In this document: positions 41,296 through 54,800 of the stretch, piece by piece | How the letters are laid out: the number at the start of each line of letters is the position of its first letter | How positions within the stretch are numbered: the stretch's first letter is position 1 | Assembly: GCF_009914755.1 (NCBI RefSeq) | Contig: NC_060926.1 | Origin: the human T2T-CHM13v2.0 reference genome, Homo sapiens | Reading direction: 5' to 3' (one strand) | DNA: 64,000 nucleotides | Translations under genes and position numbers: made by a program | Notes under the pieces: generated by a model | What the model was told of the DNA's origin: nothing | The model's database searches: none | Seen by the model: only the letters and a program-made list of their open reading frames with translations

Positions 41296-44149
41296 AGTCA
41301 TTGGGAAAGCTGCAGGCCCAGCCCAGGGGAGAGTCTGCTGCAGTGGGGCTGACTCAGCCTGGGGCTGAGGCTGCCTGCACCAGGCCCACCTGCGCCCAGC
41401 CCACTGGCCACCCACCTCCCTCAGCAGCCCACCTCCTGACCCCCGACGTGGTTGGCCTTTCCTCAGTCCTCATCTGCATGAACTCTCCACACTTAGCACA
41501 TGCCCTTCCGTCTTGCAGCTGTGTCCCCAGGCCTCAGCAATCTTAAAACAGCCCCTCTGTCACCCCACACAGAGCACCCCAGTCGTCTCCAGGACCTTCC
41601 TTTGGAACACCGAGCCCTGTCACATCTTCAAATCCTTCTGGTGCATTCTAACATCCGTCTGCCACTGAATCTTCAGAACAGCCTTAGGGGAAGAGGAAGG
41701 CTCCATTCTCCTGGCGAGAGATGCAGCCAAGCCCCATCCAGGGCCCGCAGCTGATGAGCAGTTCCATGCCAGAATTTGAAGTTAGCACCCCCAATGTTCT
41801 CTGCTTTCAGGATTCCTAGTGCAGAGACATTTGGCTGTTGGATTATGAACCCTGCCCCAATCTGACCTGCAGCTTCTCCTCCCACCATCTCATTCTATGG
41901 ATTAATGTGTGGACCACGCTCTTCCAGGCCCATGCTCACTTCTTTCCTGAGTGTTCCAATCACAACACTCAGGACTTGAGAGTGTGTCTGAACCTGGAGA
42001 TCGGCCTTAGGAAGTACCATCCACATTTAAAGAAGTTTGGAGGAAACCGGTGTCAGATTCCATGCAGCCCTGAGGGCGGGCCCTGGCTCCGAGGCACTTG
42101 TCCCCAGGCAGACCTTGTGAGTGCTTGCAGCTTTTCAGGCATGGAAGTGAAAGCATACTTAGCTGTGGAGAGATTTGGCACTGGGTGCCTGTAGGATGAC
42201 AGCAGCACTTCTTGGCTGAGGTCCAGGGCTATGTTTGGTACAGAAGAAACCATGTCTGATTTTTCAGCTGGAACCAAGCACACCCATGTGGAGTCACTGG
42301 GGGGTCATGGGGGACCCCAAACATCTTTATTCCAGAGCAGCCCATCTTTGCAGGGAGATCTATCCTACAGGTCTCGGTTGCTGTTGCTGCCTCACCCTTA
42401 GTTCTAAGACTTGGCAATGGATTATGACCAAGGTTGACACTCTGGGCCAGTTGGAATCATTCTTCTCTTGTCTTCATGCTTCTCCTCCATGGTACCTTCT
42501 GTTAATACTTTCTGTTTCCAATGGATAGGGTGCAGGCTTCTGCGGGCTGAGGCACGTTTAAGATTCGGGTCCGGGAAATGCCCAAACCGTGTGTGTGCCC
42601 TGTGGGGTACTTTCTGTAACCACCTGAATTCCACCTGTGATGCAGAATGAGAAACAGCACTGATTCCAGCTTCATTTCGTTGCTGCTCAACCCCCGCAGA
42701 GGAGCTCAGAGCTACTCTCTGTTGCTTTTATAAACGCCTCCCAAATCCTTGAAAGTGAGAGCAATTAAGAGTCTTAGTTTGAAGCTCTTGGGACATCAGC
42801 CGCATTTTCCAGACGTCCTGTTTTCAGTGATCAGTCCGTCCTTATACCCTTTAAGTAATTTCTCATCCCTCAGCCCCTTCCACCCTACCACCCCGCTGAG
42901 TCTCCAGTGTCTGTTAGGTAGAAGGTTCTGATGACAGTCTAGAGGCTTCCTGGCTGCCACAAACAGTTCCTTCAGGGCTGGCCCCTCACAAATGAAGGCA
43001 GCCCATCCTTTCCATCTCTGCTTCCATCAGAGGACCACTTGCTCCTCCCACCCTTAGGTTTCTGTTGGTGGCTTAGCCTTTGGTGGAGAGAGCACATCCC
43101 ACTGCTGGGCAGGGCAGTGCCCTCCCCACAGTTCCTTCCAGGCCGCCTGGGGTCCCACGTTCATCCAGTCCTTAAGCGCCGGCTGCGGGCCAGGCCCCGG
43201 GGATGCAGCCTGAATGAAGCAGAGGAGAACCCTGGAGACCACATCTGCCAGGGAGGACACAACAGCGAAGAAAAGCAAGTCTGGAGGGGATTCTACTCTC
43301 CGTGGAGAAAGTAACACCAGGAGAGGAGGAAGGACCTGGGAGGAGGGAACTGCAGTTTTCCTGTCAGCGCTCGGGACTTGGCAGGGAAAGCGGCCTTCGG
43401 GGAGGGGCAGGGAGGGAGCAGGTCCAGGGGTGGCCTGAGCTGGCCGAGGGACTCTAAGCCAGGGTGACCAAGCAGGCAGGTGGGAGGAGAGGGGTTGGGG
43501 TCAGAGGGGCAGTGGGAAAAGGGCTTCAGGGGTTCCCGCAGGTCACTCTGAGGACATTGGCATCTGCTCTGCATTTGGGTCTGGGGTCTCTCTTCCAGGC
43601 CCCTTCTCTGCCGAGTGCCCGCGACCTTGTGCCTGTGTCCATAGACTCCTCCTGACCACGTCCTTGTCATTCCTAAGCCCACCCCCGCTTTGCTGAGGTG
43701 AACTTTGATAGTGTAAAATGCATGTGGAGGGAGCCTTCTAGACTAAAAGTTTCGAGCTCTGGTCATAGGGAACCCACAGGGTCTTGGGCCCCTGGGGATG
43801 TGGGCAGAAGGCCTCAGGGTAACTCCAACCCGATGGTTCCCATGTGGCTTCTGAGGGTCCCACTTCCCCCACAGTTCATTCTCACACAGCCATGGAACCA
43901 GGAACCATTTACTTCACTATTGCTTAAAGCCACCAGTGGGGCCCATTGCTCTTAGAATAAATCTAGACTCCTCACTGCAGTCTACCCTGTGGGTCCACCC
44001 AGCCTCACACCCTCCCTGCATGCCTGGCCCTGATCGTTGTCCCGGCATGCTGGCCTTCCTCTGTCCCTTCATCTGTCCCTTCCTCTGTCCCTCTGACAGG
44101 CCAGACCCCTGCCCACGTTGGCATCAGACAGTCGAGCAGAAGCTCTGGC

Positions 44150-44310
44150 TCTCTCTGTCACTCCCTGTGCCTCAGTTTCCTCATCTGTGTAATGGGAGTA
44201 ATAACCTTACCCACCTCCAAGGGTTCTTAGGAGGATTAAATTGGAGACATAGTGAAGTGCACAAAACAGCGCACAAAGGGAGAAGTATGTGTTAGAAATG
44301 ATTGTTAACT
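44150..44310 (+). mobile_element. MIR SINE
   Basis: tgtgcctcagtttcctcatctgtgtaatgggagtaataacc...agggttcttaggaggattaaat. Confidence 0.8.
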
Positions 44311-45399
44311 TAATTGTAGTTTGGGGGCCCTGCACAACCCCAGTGTCCCCTGAGTCACCTCCCATGTCACTCTGCAGAGAGCAGGAAGAAGCCCCCATGT
44401 CCTGTTGCAAAAATGCATTTTAGTAGCAGCGTGTTGTTTTTGATGCTGCAATATGAATATCCAGTCCTCTTGAAAATACAATTTGGAATAGTCTTAGGTT
44501 TCATTCGATGTGAAGGAAACAATCACTTAGAGAATGAGTTTCCTTGAACTGTCCAGGGCAAAGGAGCCTGTTTGAAATAATCAGCGCTTTTGGGAAAGGG
44601 ACAACCAGTGTATTGCAGGCAGAGCCTGAGGTCAGCTGCTTGAGCATCAGAGGCAGGGAGCACCCCACACAAGCTCTCAGACCTCAAGGGGTTGGCCAAG
44701 CCTAAGCCTTTGTGTCCCAGCCAGCCCTGCCAGGGTGGACTGTGTTATGGCTGCAGACTTATCCTGCAGCCACTGGACTGAGGTAGGACCTGGCACCAGA
44801 AACAAAAAAAATAAACCCAGGAGGTCAAATTTACACGTCCATAAAGCCTTTTGTATTTAAAAAGAGATGGACGTTTGGTTGAAACTCTGCTCTTCTTCAT
44901 ATTTCTTATTGGTAAATTTGCAACACAGTGCATCTGTTCACCTGTTTTTAAATATGTCCCTTTGGGTTAAGTTGGGGTTTTAGTTGTAGCAATTCTTCAT
45001 ACCCTGTTCTTGGATCCAGCTGAGGGATGAGCTGGAATGGAAGTGCTAGCTTTAGGATTGAAAAATCTCAAAAGAATGTAGATTGGATCTGGAAGCTAAG
45101 GAACGTGCATAGACCTTGAAAGAGAGGGTCAAGGCTGCAAAGCTGACCGCCTTGCCTGGAATTGCTCCTTTCAACAGAGCTGGGGAGGGAAGGAGGAAGT
45201 GACCCAGGCTTCCGGCCTTCTCCCCAGTCCCTGAGGATGGCCTAGCCCCTGTGGATCTCCCTATCCGTTAGAGACGCATATGGAGCATGTACAGGTGACA
45301 TTGTGTGGCTTCTGCAATTTGCTGGAAGCAGCAGGGAAGGTCAGGCCGTACATGAAGCCAAAAGGACCAAACACCAGGGGGCCGCTATGACTGTTACAA

Positions 45400-45550
45400 G
45401 AAGTTTAAAAAAAAAAAACAAAACACTGTGGCTGCTTGTGTGGCAAGTGCAGTTACAAACAATAGCTCAGCAGGCGGGCTGTCCCTCAAACAACTTTATT
45501 TACAAAAACCAGCGTTAGCTGGATCTTGGGCCTTGGTTTGCGGCCCTTGA
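45400..45550. mobile_element. MER58-like fragment, opposite orientation to the 14.4 kb copy
   Basis: caactttatttacaaaaaccagcg...ctggatcttgggcc...gtttgcggcccttg. Confidence 0.55.
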
Positions 45551-46239
45551 GTGTGAGTCCTCTACCCACCTCTCTGTGTTTCTGCTTCCCTTCTGTTTGG
45601 GCCCGGCTAATCCCTACCACTTTCTGAGCTCTTAGAGCTTATCCTAGGGGCAGCCCCAGGATCCTGGCATCTCCCTCAGGTGTCAGTCCAGGTCTGTGTC
45701 CCCCTCAGCTGGTGGCTGTCACCTAGGGCTGGAAACAAAACTGCCCAAGGAAGAGGAAACCTTTGCTAGACCTTGCCTGAAACATCATGCTCTTAAAAAA
45801 TGACTGCATTCTCACAAAACCAAAGACACCAAAGGCTCTTTAGGGCACCTCACGCTTTGTACAAAATCAAAAAAAATCTGTCACTGCCGCAGCTCAGGAG
45901 GTCTCCCCATAGGTCGATGGAGACTCCAGCCTAATCTGCTTTTTTGTTTCTAATGACTTTTTCTGATTATAAAAATAATACCTGGCTATTGCTCAAAATA
46001 AGAAAATTCAGAAAAGTGTAAAGAAGAAAATTAAAATCACCCATAATCCTACCAGTAAATATGAATATATGTGTAGAGAAAGAACGAGGTGAAACGTTGT
46101 TAGCATATTGTTCTGTTTCTTTTATTCTTTTCTATGTATAAATTTACATATATTTTGGACAAATTTGAGATTGCGCTGTATCAGTATTTCTGCCTGGCTT
46201 TTCTCATTAAATTGTGAGAATATTCTCATAACATGATTG

Positions 46240-46812
46240 CAGTAGCTTCCAAGTGCCTCACCTGTGCAACCTTTTCTCAGCGCCATGGCCGGGGGATCCT
46301 GTTGTGTCCCTGTGCTGCTGTAGAGCCCTCCGGTCCCCCATCTCAGGGGAGATCCAGGACCTCCCAGGGGCCCAGAAGCTTCAGCACTAGTTGACCCCAT
46401 CACCCCCACCTTATTTCTGCCCATGTGTCTGCTCCAGCCACTCTGGCCTTCTTGCTTTTCCTCAGACACTCCAGCCAGCTGCTGCCACAGGGCCTTTGCA
46501 CATGCTGTTCCCACCTGCCCATCACCCTTCCCCAGATGTGATGGGGCCAGCTCCCTCCCACATCTCCTCAAGGTCTTGGCTCACAGGTCAGTTTCCCTGT
46601 GAAGCCCATCTGGGCCCCCTATTTAACCTGCAGCCCCTCAGCATATCCTCCTCTCATACTTTTTCCTCCATGTACTTCTCACCATTCAACGTCCTCTATG
46701 TAACGAAATATTCACTTATTCCTTGTCTGTGTATCTGGGAGAGCAGGGGTTTTGTCTGTATTTATTTCACAGTGCTAAGCAGAGCCCCTGGCCTGCAGTA
46801 GGTGCCCAATTC
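46240..46812 (+). mobile_element. L2 LINE 3' portion
   Basis: ctccagccactctggccttcttgct...cagggcctttgcacatgctgttccc...gagcagggg...cctggcctgcagtaggtgcccaat. Confidence 0.75.
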
Positions 46813-49800
46813 CACCTTCTTCTTCCAAAGCAACAGCCCCAGATGGTTGGGGGGGGGTCTCCTCCCCCGGCCCATCCACCCGCACACGGCCCTTCCTGAC
46901 TCGTTCCGCTGCTCCCACACTGGCCCAGATTCCCAACCATGCTCAGGCTCCCCACACCAATTCCAGGGACTCCTCAGTCCCTGTTCAGGAGTCGACAGAA
47001 GCTTTGTGTCCATCCTGACTCCTGTTCAGCCCTCACAGCCTGAACCCCTTTAGACAACTCTTGACCCCTGTGCACACACATGCACACACATTCACCATCC
47101 TACGCCTGCCCACGCCTCTCCATGACCTTGAAATACTTAGGTCACTTATGTCCTTTTGGTTGAAATACTTTGTCACTTTCTATGGTTACGTCCTGTCTGT
47201 AACCATAGTAACTGAGTTGTCTTCCCCTCTCAGCCAAGCCTTTCTCTAGTAGCACTTTCATTCAATTTTTCACTGATGAGTTAGTTGCAGCATGCCTGTT
47301 CTTAAGCTCCTTTGTGAACATGGAACACATCCTAAAGAAAAGTTCTTGCTGTGAAAAAGCTCCACCTGCCACAGATTGCCTGGCAGAGCTCACAACCAGC
47401 AGCAGGTACTCAGTGAGTGCTGAGTGAGGCTTGGACTCATGCAAGATCCACCACCCTCCCCAGCCAGGCCCCCCAGGTACTCTCAGCTGCTGACCCTGTG
47501 TCTGAAGTACGATGTGAGTTACAGCTCTGTAGAGGGGTGAGAAGTGCTGAGCAGTGTTTAGAATATACTCAACAAACAGCCACTGCTGCATGCACATGCA
47601 AATGCTAGCTGCATTCATTCAAACACCTATGCATGGAATAGGTGTTTATCGAGCATGTACTTTGCCCCCAGCACTAAACATTTGAAGCATCTGTGAAATG
47701 AGACCCCTGCAAGAGGATGAAGTAGGCTCTAATCCTCAGAACTCCAAGGATCAGCTGTGACATCTTGATCTGATCACTTTGGCTTTGTTCTCCTAGGGTT
47801 GCTCTGGGATGTCAGAGAGAGACTAGAGGAGAGAAGGGGGTATAGAGACGGGAGGGAAGGAGGAAATGCTTGCCACCTGGAGGCTTTCTAGGTAATAGAG
47901 ATTAGTGGTGAGGAGGTAGCAGGTGAGAACATGAGGGCTGCAGTGTGCAGCCACCACGATAGTCTGGCTGATGTCCTGTAAACCACAGCCCAATGCACCA
48001 TCCCTCCAGCTACACCAGGAGCCCATCACATGCAGCATCATAGGCCCAAGGCCACACAAGCCAGGGTAAGTTCAGGTGCCACTCACCAACCTTGGGAGCT
48101 GGTTTTCTGTCCCAGAGAAGCTGCACATAGAACACAGGTGAGCGTACCTGCAGACACACAGACATCCAGTCCCAGCCCCAGGTGCCTGTGGGTTTTGAGT
48201 CAGCTGTGAGGGCCCCTCCTGGTCCTCAGCAAGAGGGGCAAGCGTGGGCCAGGCCCCCCTCCTTGTGCATCAGGTTCACACCCTGTGCAAACAGGAGGAA
48301 GAGGGCCTTTTATTTCTACTGGAGGCAATGTCTGTCATCTCCCCTGGGTGCCGACAGCTTTCTGTCTTTGTGGGTGTGACCCACAGTGACACTGCATTTG
48401 ACATCTTGACCGAGGGCATACCGCGTGAGTGTGTGAGCCTAGAGAAATGGTCTGTGAAGCTACTTCCATACCACATGGATGCATGCCAATATTTATTCTA
48501 TTCCGTTTCTTAAAAAGGCCAGTCAGGACCCAATCAATGGATCGTTTGAAAACCACTGCTCTAAGCCAGAGATCTCCAAGGTAGGGTGCATGCCACTCTG
48601 TGCAAAGAAGACATGAGAAATTCTACTCAAACTTACTGAAATTTTAACTTGTTAGTTTTAATTTCTATTTTGTGTATGGCTATTTTATATATTTTTGGTA
48701 ATCAAATATATTATTCGGTCCACTAGATAAATACACCAAAAGATACACATTACATATGTATAATGCGAGTGATCATTGGTACATCAGAATATAAATGCAG
48801 AAATGCTTCCCTGATGGGGGTGCACTGTCAGAGAACAGGTCAGAGCCCACCTGCCTGGGCTGTGGCTGGGCCGGCCCTGGGAGCTCTTTGGGTGGAGCGG
48901 CCATCTGCCTTCTCCTGAATCTGTGCCAGCCACTCCTCTTGCTCCCCTTGTTCCTCCTCACCCACCTAAGATCTGCGATTTCTAAGGCAGAAGCGCCCTG
49001 GGAAATTAATCACTTTGGTCCTCAGGTTAAAAATGGCCAGAAATCCACGTGCAGCACACACCCCACCGGAGGGACTCGCCCAGGATTTAAGTGTCTACCG
49101 GAGGCCATGCGGGTCCCCACCTGCTGCCAAGGGTCTGAGGTCTCTTCACTGTCCCAACAGAGAGACTTCCCTTGTGGCAGTTCTTGGAGAAAGTGGAGAA
49201 TAAGTGATGCCCTTCACACACTTCTTTGCCCATAAACTACCAGTTTATCTCCTTTTAGGTTCATCTTCAGGTAAAATTATCACGGGGTCCTTATCCCAGT
49301 CTGAAAACTTCTAATCAGCGGTCCTTCTGCTCACAGGACACCCCTGCTGAGGGGCTAATCAGGCCGTTCTGCTGCTCCTGGTACTTTTATGGACTTGGAC
49401 ACATTCCTAGCAAATGAGTGAAATTTTCTGTTTTCTTATTTAGTCCTGGAATCTTCCTTCTGGCAGGTCTTAATACTGAAATGACAATGTAGATTGCCAG
49501 TCCAGGAGGGACACATCACCCAATATCAAGAGGTTAAACTCGAAGCAGGTGGAGCCTCATTTCCCCGTGAGGACTAGGGTGGGATCCAGGGAGGAAGAAG
49601 GGTGACATAACTATGACAAAGGTGCAAGTGGGGGTGCGGTCGGCATTTCTGGTTCTGCTGGCGAGACCCATGGACTCTGGGATGAGGAAGGAGGCATTGA
49701 CAGCCGCAGGGCAGCTGGAGGTTCTTTGGCAGATCTTGGTTTTGAGGGCTGGCTTGTGGGGCCTCACAGGGGCGGTCGCTTCCCGGGCTACCCACTATGA

Positions 49801-50834
49801 GATGAGCCTGGCCCAGGGTGTGCAGATTCATGTGCCACATCATAGGGCACTGGCAGAGGGCGGCCCCTGAATTCTCTAGAGGGTCCCGGCATGAATGCTG
49901 CTGTGGGCTGTGTGACAGCTGGGGTAGGCGGGCAGGTTCCACAAACTGATCTGCAGCTTGGCCAACTGCCCCCAAGCAGCTAGCACCCAGAGGCGGACAA
50001 GGTGGACGGGTGCCACCTGCCTCTCATGGGACCAGCCTGCACCTGACAGGGACAGGGTTTTGTCCAGTCCATAAGAGGGGGCTGAAATGAAAACCATTCG
50101 CTCCGACTCCCTCCTCAGATTTTTAAATGTCAACTCTTCCAAAAGCCTTGCCTGTACTCAGGCTTTACGTGCAAAATTAGGCAGCCATTTGTGCAGTGCA
50201 GGTCTGCACCTGCGTTTTAAACTTCAGTTATCCGAATAGTCACCTCAGCTTGCCAGCCCATTGGGCAGCCCGACAGCAGCCTGACCTGTATGCTTCAGCC
50301 ATTACAGGACGGGGACCAGGGCTAGAATGCAAACACCAAGAGGACAGGATGGGAAAGGCACATCTGCCATGTGCTGGAGGGATGCAGGTCACCCACAGGC
50401 TCGGGGAGGGGTGCGGGTCACCCATGGGCTCGGGCCTTCACTCTGGCAGGGCCGGCGGCCTCACACAGGTCTCCAGCACACTCCTGCAGTGCTCTAGTGT
50501 TGCTCAGCCTCTGTCAAACTAACTTCAAGGGGGGAATCTCCTCCAGGGTAGAAGCCTCTCCCATAGCAGGTGTGTGGCCACGGCTTGTGGCCGGGCAGGG
50601 AGCATCAGTCCAGAGTGCTGGCACCAGTGTTTTACAGATGCCTAGGGTTCGATGTCCCCAGGAAATAAGAGTTTGGCATTGTCCACAGGCCTCTGAGGCC
50701 ACTACTTCTGTGAATAAAGGGAAGGGAACAGAACGGCCACCAACCCTTGGTAACTATAGCTGGCATCTGTCCCATATGAGAATTTGCCTGACCCACTTTT
50801 CATGTCATTTTCAACCTCCTAAAAATATGGTCTT

Positions 50835-51107
50835 CTTTTTTTTTTAATTAAGACAGGGTCTTACTCTGTCACCCAGGCTGAAGTGCAGTGGCGTGACCTC
50901 TCAGGCTCAAGCGATCCTCCCACCTCAGCCTCCTGAGTAGCCAGGACCACAGGTGCATGCCACCACGCCCAGCTAATTTTTATTTTTTACAGAGACTGGG
51001 TCTCACTATATTACCCAGGCTGGTCTCGAACTCCTGGACTCAAGCAGTCAGCCTGCCTCGGCCTCCCAAAGTGTTGAGTTTACAAACATGAGCCACTGTG
51101 CCTAGCC
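50835..51107 (-). mobile_element. Alu SINE (AluJ-like) with a small internal deletion, antisense
   Basis: agacagggtcttactctgtcacccaggctgaagtgcagtgg...ctcaagcgatcctcccacctcagcc...gagccactgtgcctagcc. Confidence 0.92.
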
Positions 51108-51329
51108 CAAAAAGGCCTGATTTTTAAAGACCCACATTTGAATCTCTAAAATGTACCCAACCCATTCCAATAGTCAAGGGCATAGGTATACCTCAGTGAA
51201 TATATTCTTTTTTTTACATCAAGATGTAGCAAGAGGGGAAGGGCCTCCTCGTACTCTGCAGTGACGAGGGGATGGCAGCAGATTCAATGAGACATCTCAG
51301 AAAAGGGGTGAGCAGTAGCAATGGTGCTG

Positions 51330-51450
51330 CTTGTTCACTGTGTAACTTGGAACAGGTCACTTAACCTCTCTGAGCCTCAGTTTCCTCATCTGTAAAATGG
51401 CCACATTGCTGTCACCTCGTGGTGGATATAAGGGTCTGATGGGCACATGT
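51330..51450 (+). mobile_element. MIR core
   Basis: tgtgtaacttgg...gtcacttaacctctctgagcctcagtttcctcatctgtaaaatgg. Confidence 0.85.
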
Positions 51451-51506
51451 GGGGATGAAGGTAAAGTCGGCTTGGCCAGGGGTGGTCACCAGGCCCCTTG
51501 CTTCTT

Positions 51507-51806
51507 CTTTTTTTTTTTGGAGACGGAGTCTCGCACTGTTGCCCAGGCTGAGTGCAGTGGCGTGATCTTGGCTCACTGCAAGCTCAAGCTCCGCCTCGTG
51601 GGTTCACGCCAGCCGTTCTCCTGCCTCAGCCTCCGGAGTAGCTGGGACTACAGGCGCCTGCCACCACGCCCGGCTAATTTTTTTTTTCAGTAGAGATGGG
51701 GTTTCACCGTGTTAGCCAGGATGGTCTTGATCTCCTGACCTTGTGATCCGCCCACCTCAGCCTCCCAAAGTGCTGAGATTACAGGCGTCAGCCACCACGC
51801 ACGGCC
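51507..51806 (-). mobile_element. Alu SINE (AluY-like), antisense
   Basis: gcaagctc..., ttagccaggatggtcttgatctcctgaccttgtgatccg. TSD cccttgcttctt / ccctggcttctt. Confidence 0.94.
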
Positions 51807-54800
51807 CCCTGGCTTCTTACTAGCTTAGTCACTGGCAAAGAGTCCCTGGCTTTGGAAGCCTTTCTCCTTAAAGGCTCTTGGAATGTTCCACACACAACTC
51901 TTCAGGATGAGGGGTGCCTATGAGGAGGGCGAAGGAACCAGTGTCAAAGGGAATCCTTCCCTCTCCACCGCCCCTGCTTAGTCTCCTGAAGAATGACGTG
52001 TTTTACAACTGGCAAGTGTTGATCGAAGTCCAGCCCAGCCCAGCCATCTTGCCTGCCCGTCTCAGTGAGGGGAAGCTCCTGAGATGTCTCCCAACAAAAG
52101 CTTCAGGCAGGCAAAGGCCATTCTTCATCTGCTCCTGAGTTTTTGAAGCTTTAAGGCCAGCAACCAGCCTTGGTGGCCTCTGCCGCACTCAGCCATGAGA
52201 GTGGGAGCTTCAGGGTAAGGCGAACGCCCCACAGGAGTCTCTGGAACATGTGAGTCTGGTCCATGGAGGGTTCTCAGGGAGGGTGCTGCCATTGGGAAGC
52301 CGAGCTTGCAAACAGTGTTCTAGAAGCTTGCTACAACAATGGCATCTGCAAAGAACAGCATCGTCGTCTCTTGGGAGCTGGCAGAAATGCAGAAACTTGG
52401 CAACAGCCCACACCTATTGAGCCGGAGTTGGCCTCTGTGAAGGATCCCCAGGTCGTTCAGTGCACACTGAAATAGAAACTCTTTCAGAGCAGGTCTTTGA
52501 GCAGAGCCCAGGACACAGTAGGTGCTCAGTCCGTTTTGTTTTCCGAATGGTGCATCCATGAAAAGAGTCATGTGTTGCCTTCTTGTTAAACTGTGAGCAC
52601 TTGCCCTCCTGCTTGCACCCTTGGCTTCCTGGATTTCCACCAAGATGTGGGTTTCAGGACACATTCCCTCCCTTGTATCGCGCTCCCAAGCCCTGTCGCT
52701 CAGTGCTGAGGTTGCTCTTCCTCCACTCTGGGTCAGTGCAGGGGCCCAGGGGGACACAACTACTTTGCGCTGTTTTTCTTTTGAAGCTGGGCACCTCCCA
52801 CACCACTGCTCTTCTTTTCATGTTACAGCTGCTGTCCTCCCTCATGACTGGCTTGCCAATCTTACTCCTTTTTTAAGAAAAAAAAAACAAAGTCTCCTCA
52901 GTCAGACCCAGGGATTTGGGGTGACTATACTCTGGCGCTGTCGTGGACCCAGCGCTGAAATTCCAGGGCTGGCCGCACCTCCCCACCGGAGTCAGGAGAC
53001 CCATGGCTCCAGGAGCTGCGGGGAGAGAGTCTTCTCTATTCAACCCAGCCCCACCCTCGGACGCAGCCACAAGGCTAAAGAGCACTCTAAACCAAGAGTC
53101 CATTCTGTAGAACTGTTTAAAGGATGGATGGAAGAAACTCTTCAGTTTTTCTTACCTTTCTAGACAGTTCTGTGGTTGGAAAGTGGTTGTGGAAGAAAAT
53201 CACATCTAACCTAAGAAAGCTGGGGAGACAAAGTGTTGGGAGGGGCTTTGCTGAGCCAGCAGGCAGCCACTCGAGGTCACAGAGACCATAGGGTGGTAAG
53301 CGGGGTCCCCTGTGGGATGGTGAGCCCTGGCCCAACCTTTACTGTCCCATGGACAAGACTGCACCATCCCCTTGAGCTAATCTCCCACCCCATCCGGTTT
53401 CATGTTCCCAAGAGCATCGGACTAGGGGGTGGCCCCTGCAGAGGGGCCCCAGAACAGGGACAGGCTCTGGGAAGGGCACACACCTGCACAGGTACCAGGA
53501 GCAGTCCTCATGATGAATGGATAAAGTTACCGAGATGTTTAAAATATTGATGTTATCATTTTGTTTCCATTTTGTATGGAAGTTGAAAATGTGTTCTCTT
53601 TCCATTAAAAAACATGAAAAGTTTAGTTATTGGGTGCATTGGTTATGTGTGTGCACATCTATGTAGGAGGGGGACGTCCACCTGATAAACAAGGTGACGC
53701 CACATGCAGATAGAGCCACTGGAGTCCTTTCCTTTCCAGATGGCACCTTGGTGGGAAGGGCTGCACCCTCAGGCCGAATCCACACCACATGGGAGGGCAG
53801 AGCCACCTGGCTTCCCTGCAGCATGGAGGCCTGTGCGCGAGACGAGTCTGCACCAACTTGCAGAGTGAGGAGCTGGGAAAGTGTGGCTGCTCCTAATGGG
53901 TGCACGGGAGCCGCCGTCCCGCACAGGCACTGGCAGGCGAGGGCATCCTGTGACCGTGGGCCCACAAGGATGTGTGTGGCCGGTGAGGGTCCTTCTGATT
54001 GGGATGGCACCGGTGCCAAATCCAGGCCCAGCTTTATGACGTGACTAATTGGAGCTTGTTGTGAAGACAATGAAAACTTCCCCAGATGGAGAGTTTTGCC
54101 CCAGGATCAAGTCACAGATCTGTAGCAGTGCCTGGGACTCCGCAGGCAGGCCAGTGCGTGCGCTACTCGCATGCCTGTGTGAGTATGGCAAGCCTGGTCC
54201 CCAGTGGTGGGTGGAAAATGACTCCTCAGTCCCATGTGTGTAGAGATGCATCTGCCTGTTGAGGCCCTTCGGGTTAGTCCACTCTGGGCTTTCAGAACGA
54301 AGACTGACAGGGCAGGAGGAAAGGGGTCCATGGAGAAGCCCCTTGGCTCAGAAGCAGAGATGAGTCAACAGGATACAGCCTAACCCCTCCTCTTCCTGGG
54401 AGACCCCTCGGCAGCGGTTCGCCTGCCTGGCTGCTGCAGGGATGCTGGGGATGCTGAAGCTTTGGATGAGGCATTGAGGACTTTCTTCTTTGAGGCAGGA
54501 GCTCTTACTTCTCCTGCCGTCTGTTGAAGCTGCCTATCTTGGTGGAAGCTTTTTGCCTTCACTTTCAGCACCGGCCTTCGGCTGGGGTTGCTAAGGCATG
54601 AGGGATGCATGCTGTCTCCCCACCCTCACTCTCTGTCTCCGCCGTGAAGGCACAGTGCGGTCACTTGTGAGCAGCCTCTCGGGGACACGTGCTGGTGGCC
54701 GCCCAGTGCTCAGTGACCTGTGGCACTGCTGAGGGGCCAGGCACTGTGCTCCTGGCTGCTGTGTCTCCTGATGAGAATAGGGAGCCTGGAAATCCATGCT

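Noticed and set aside
48545-48840. Possible hAT-Charlie remnants (also about 53490-53725)
   Set aside because: Resemblance too weak to name or delimit.
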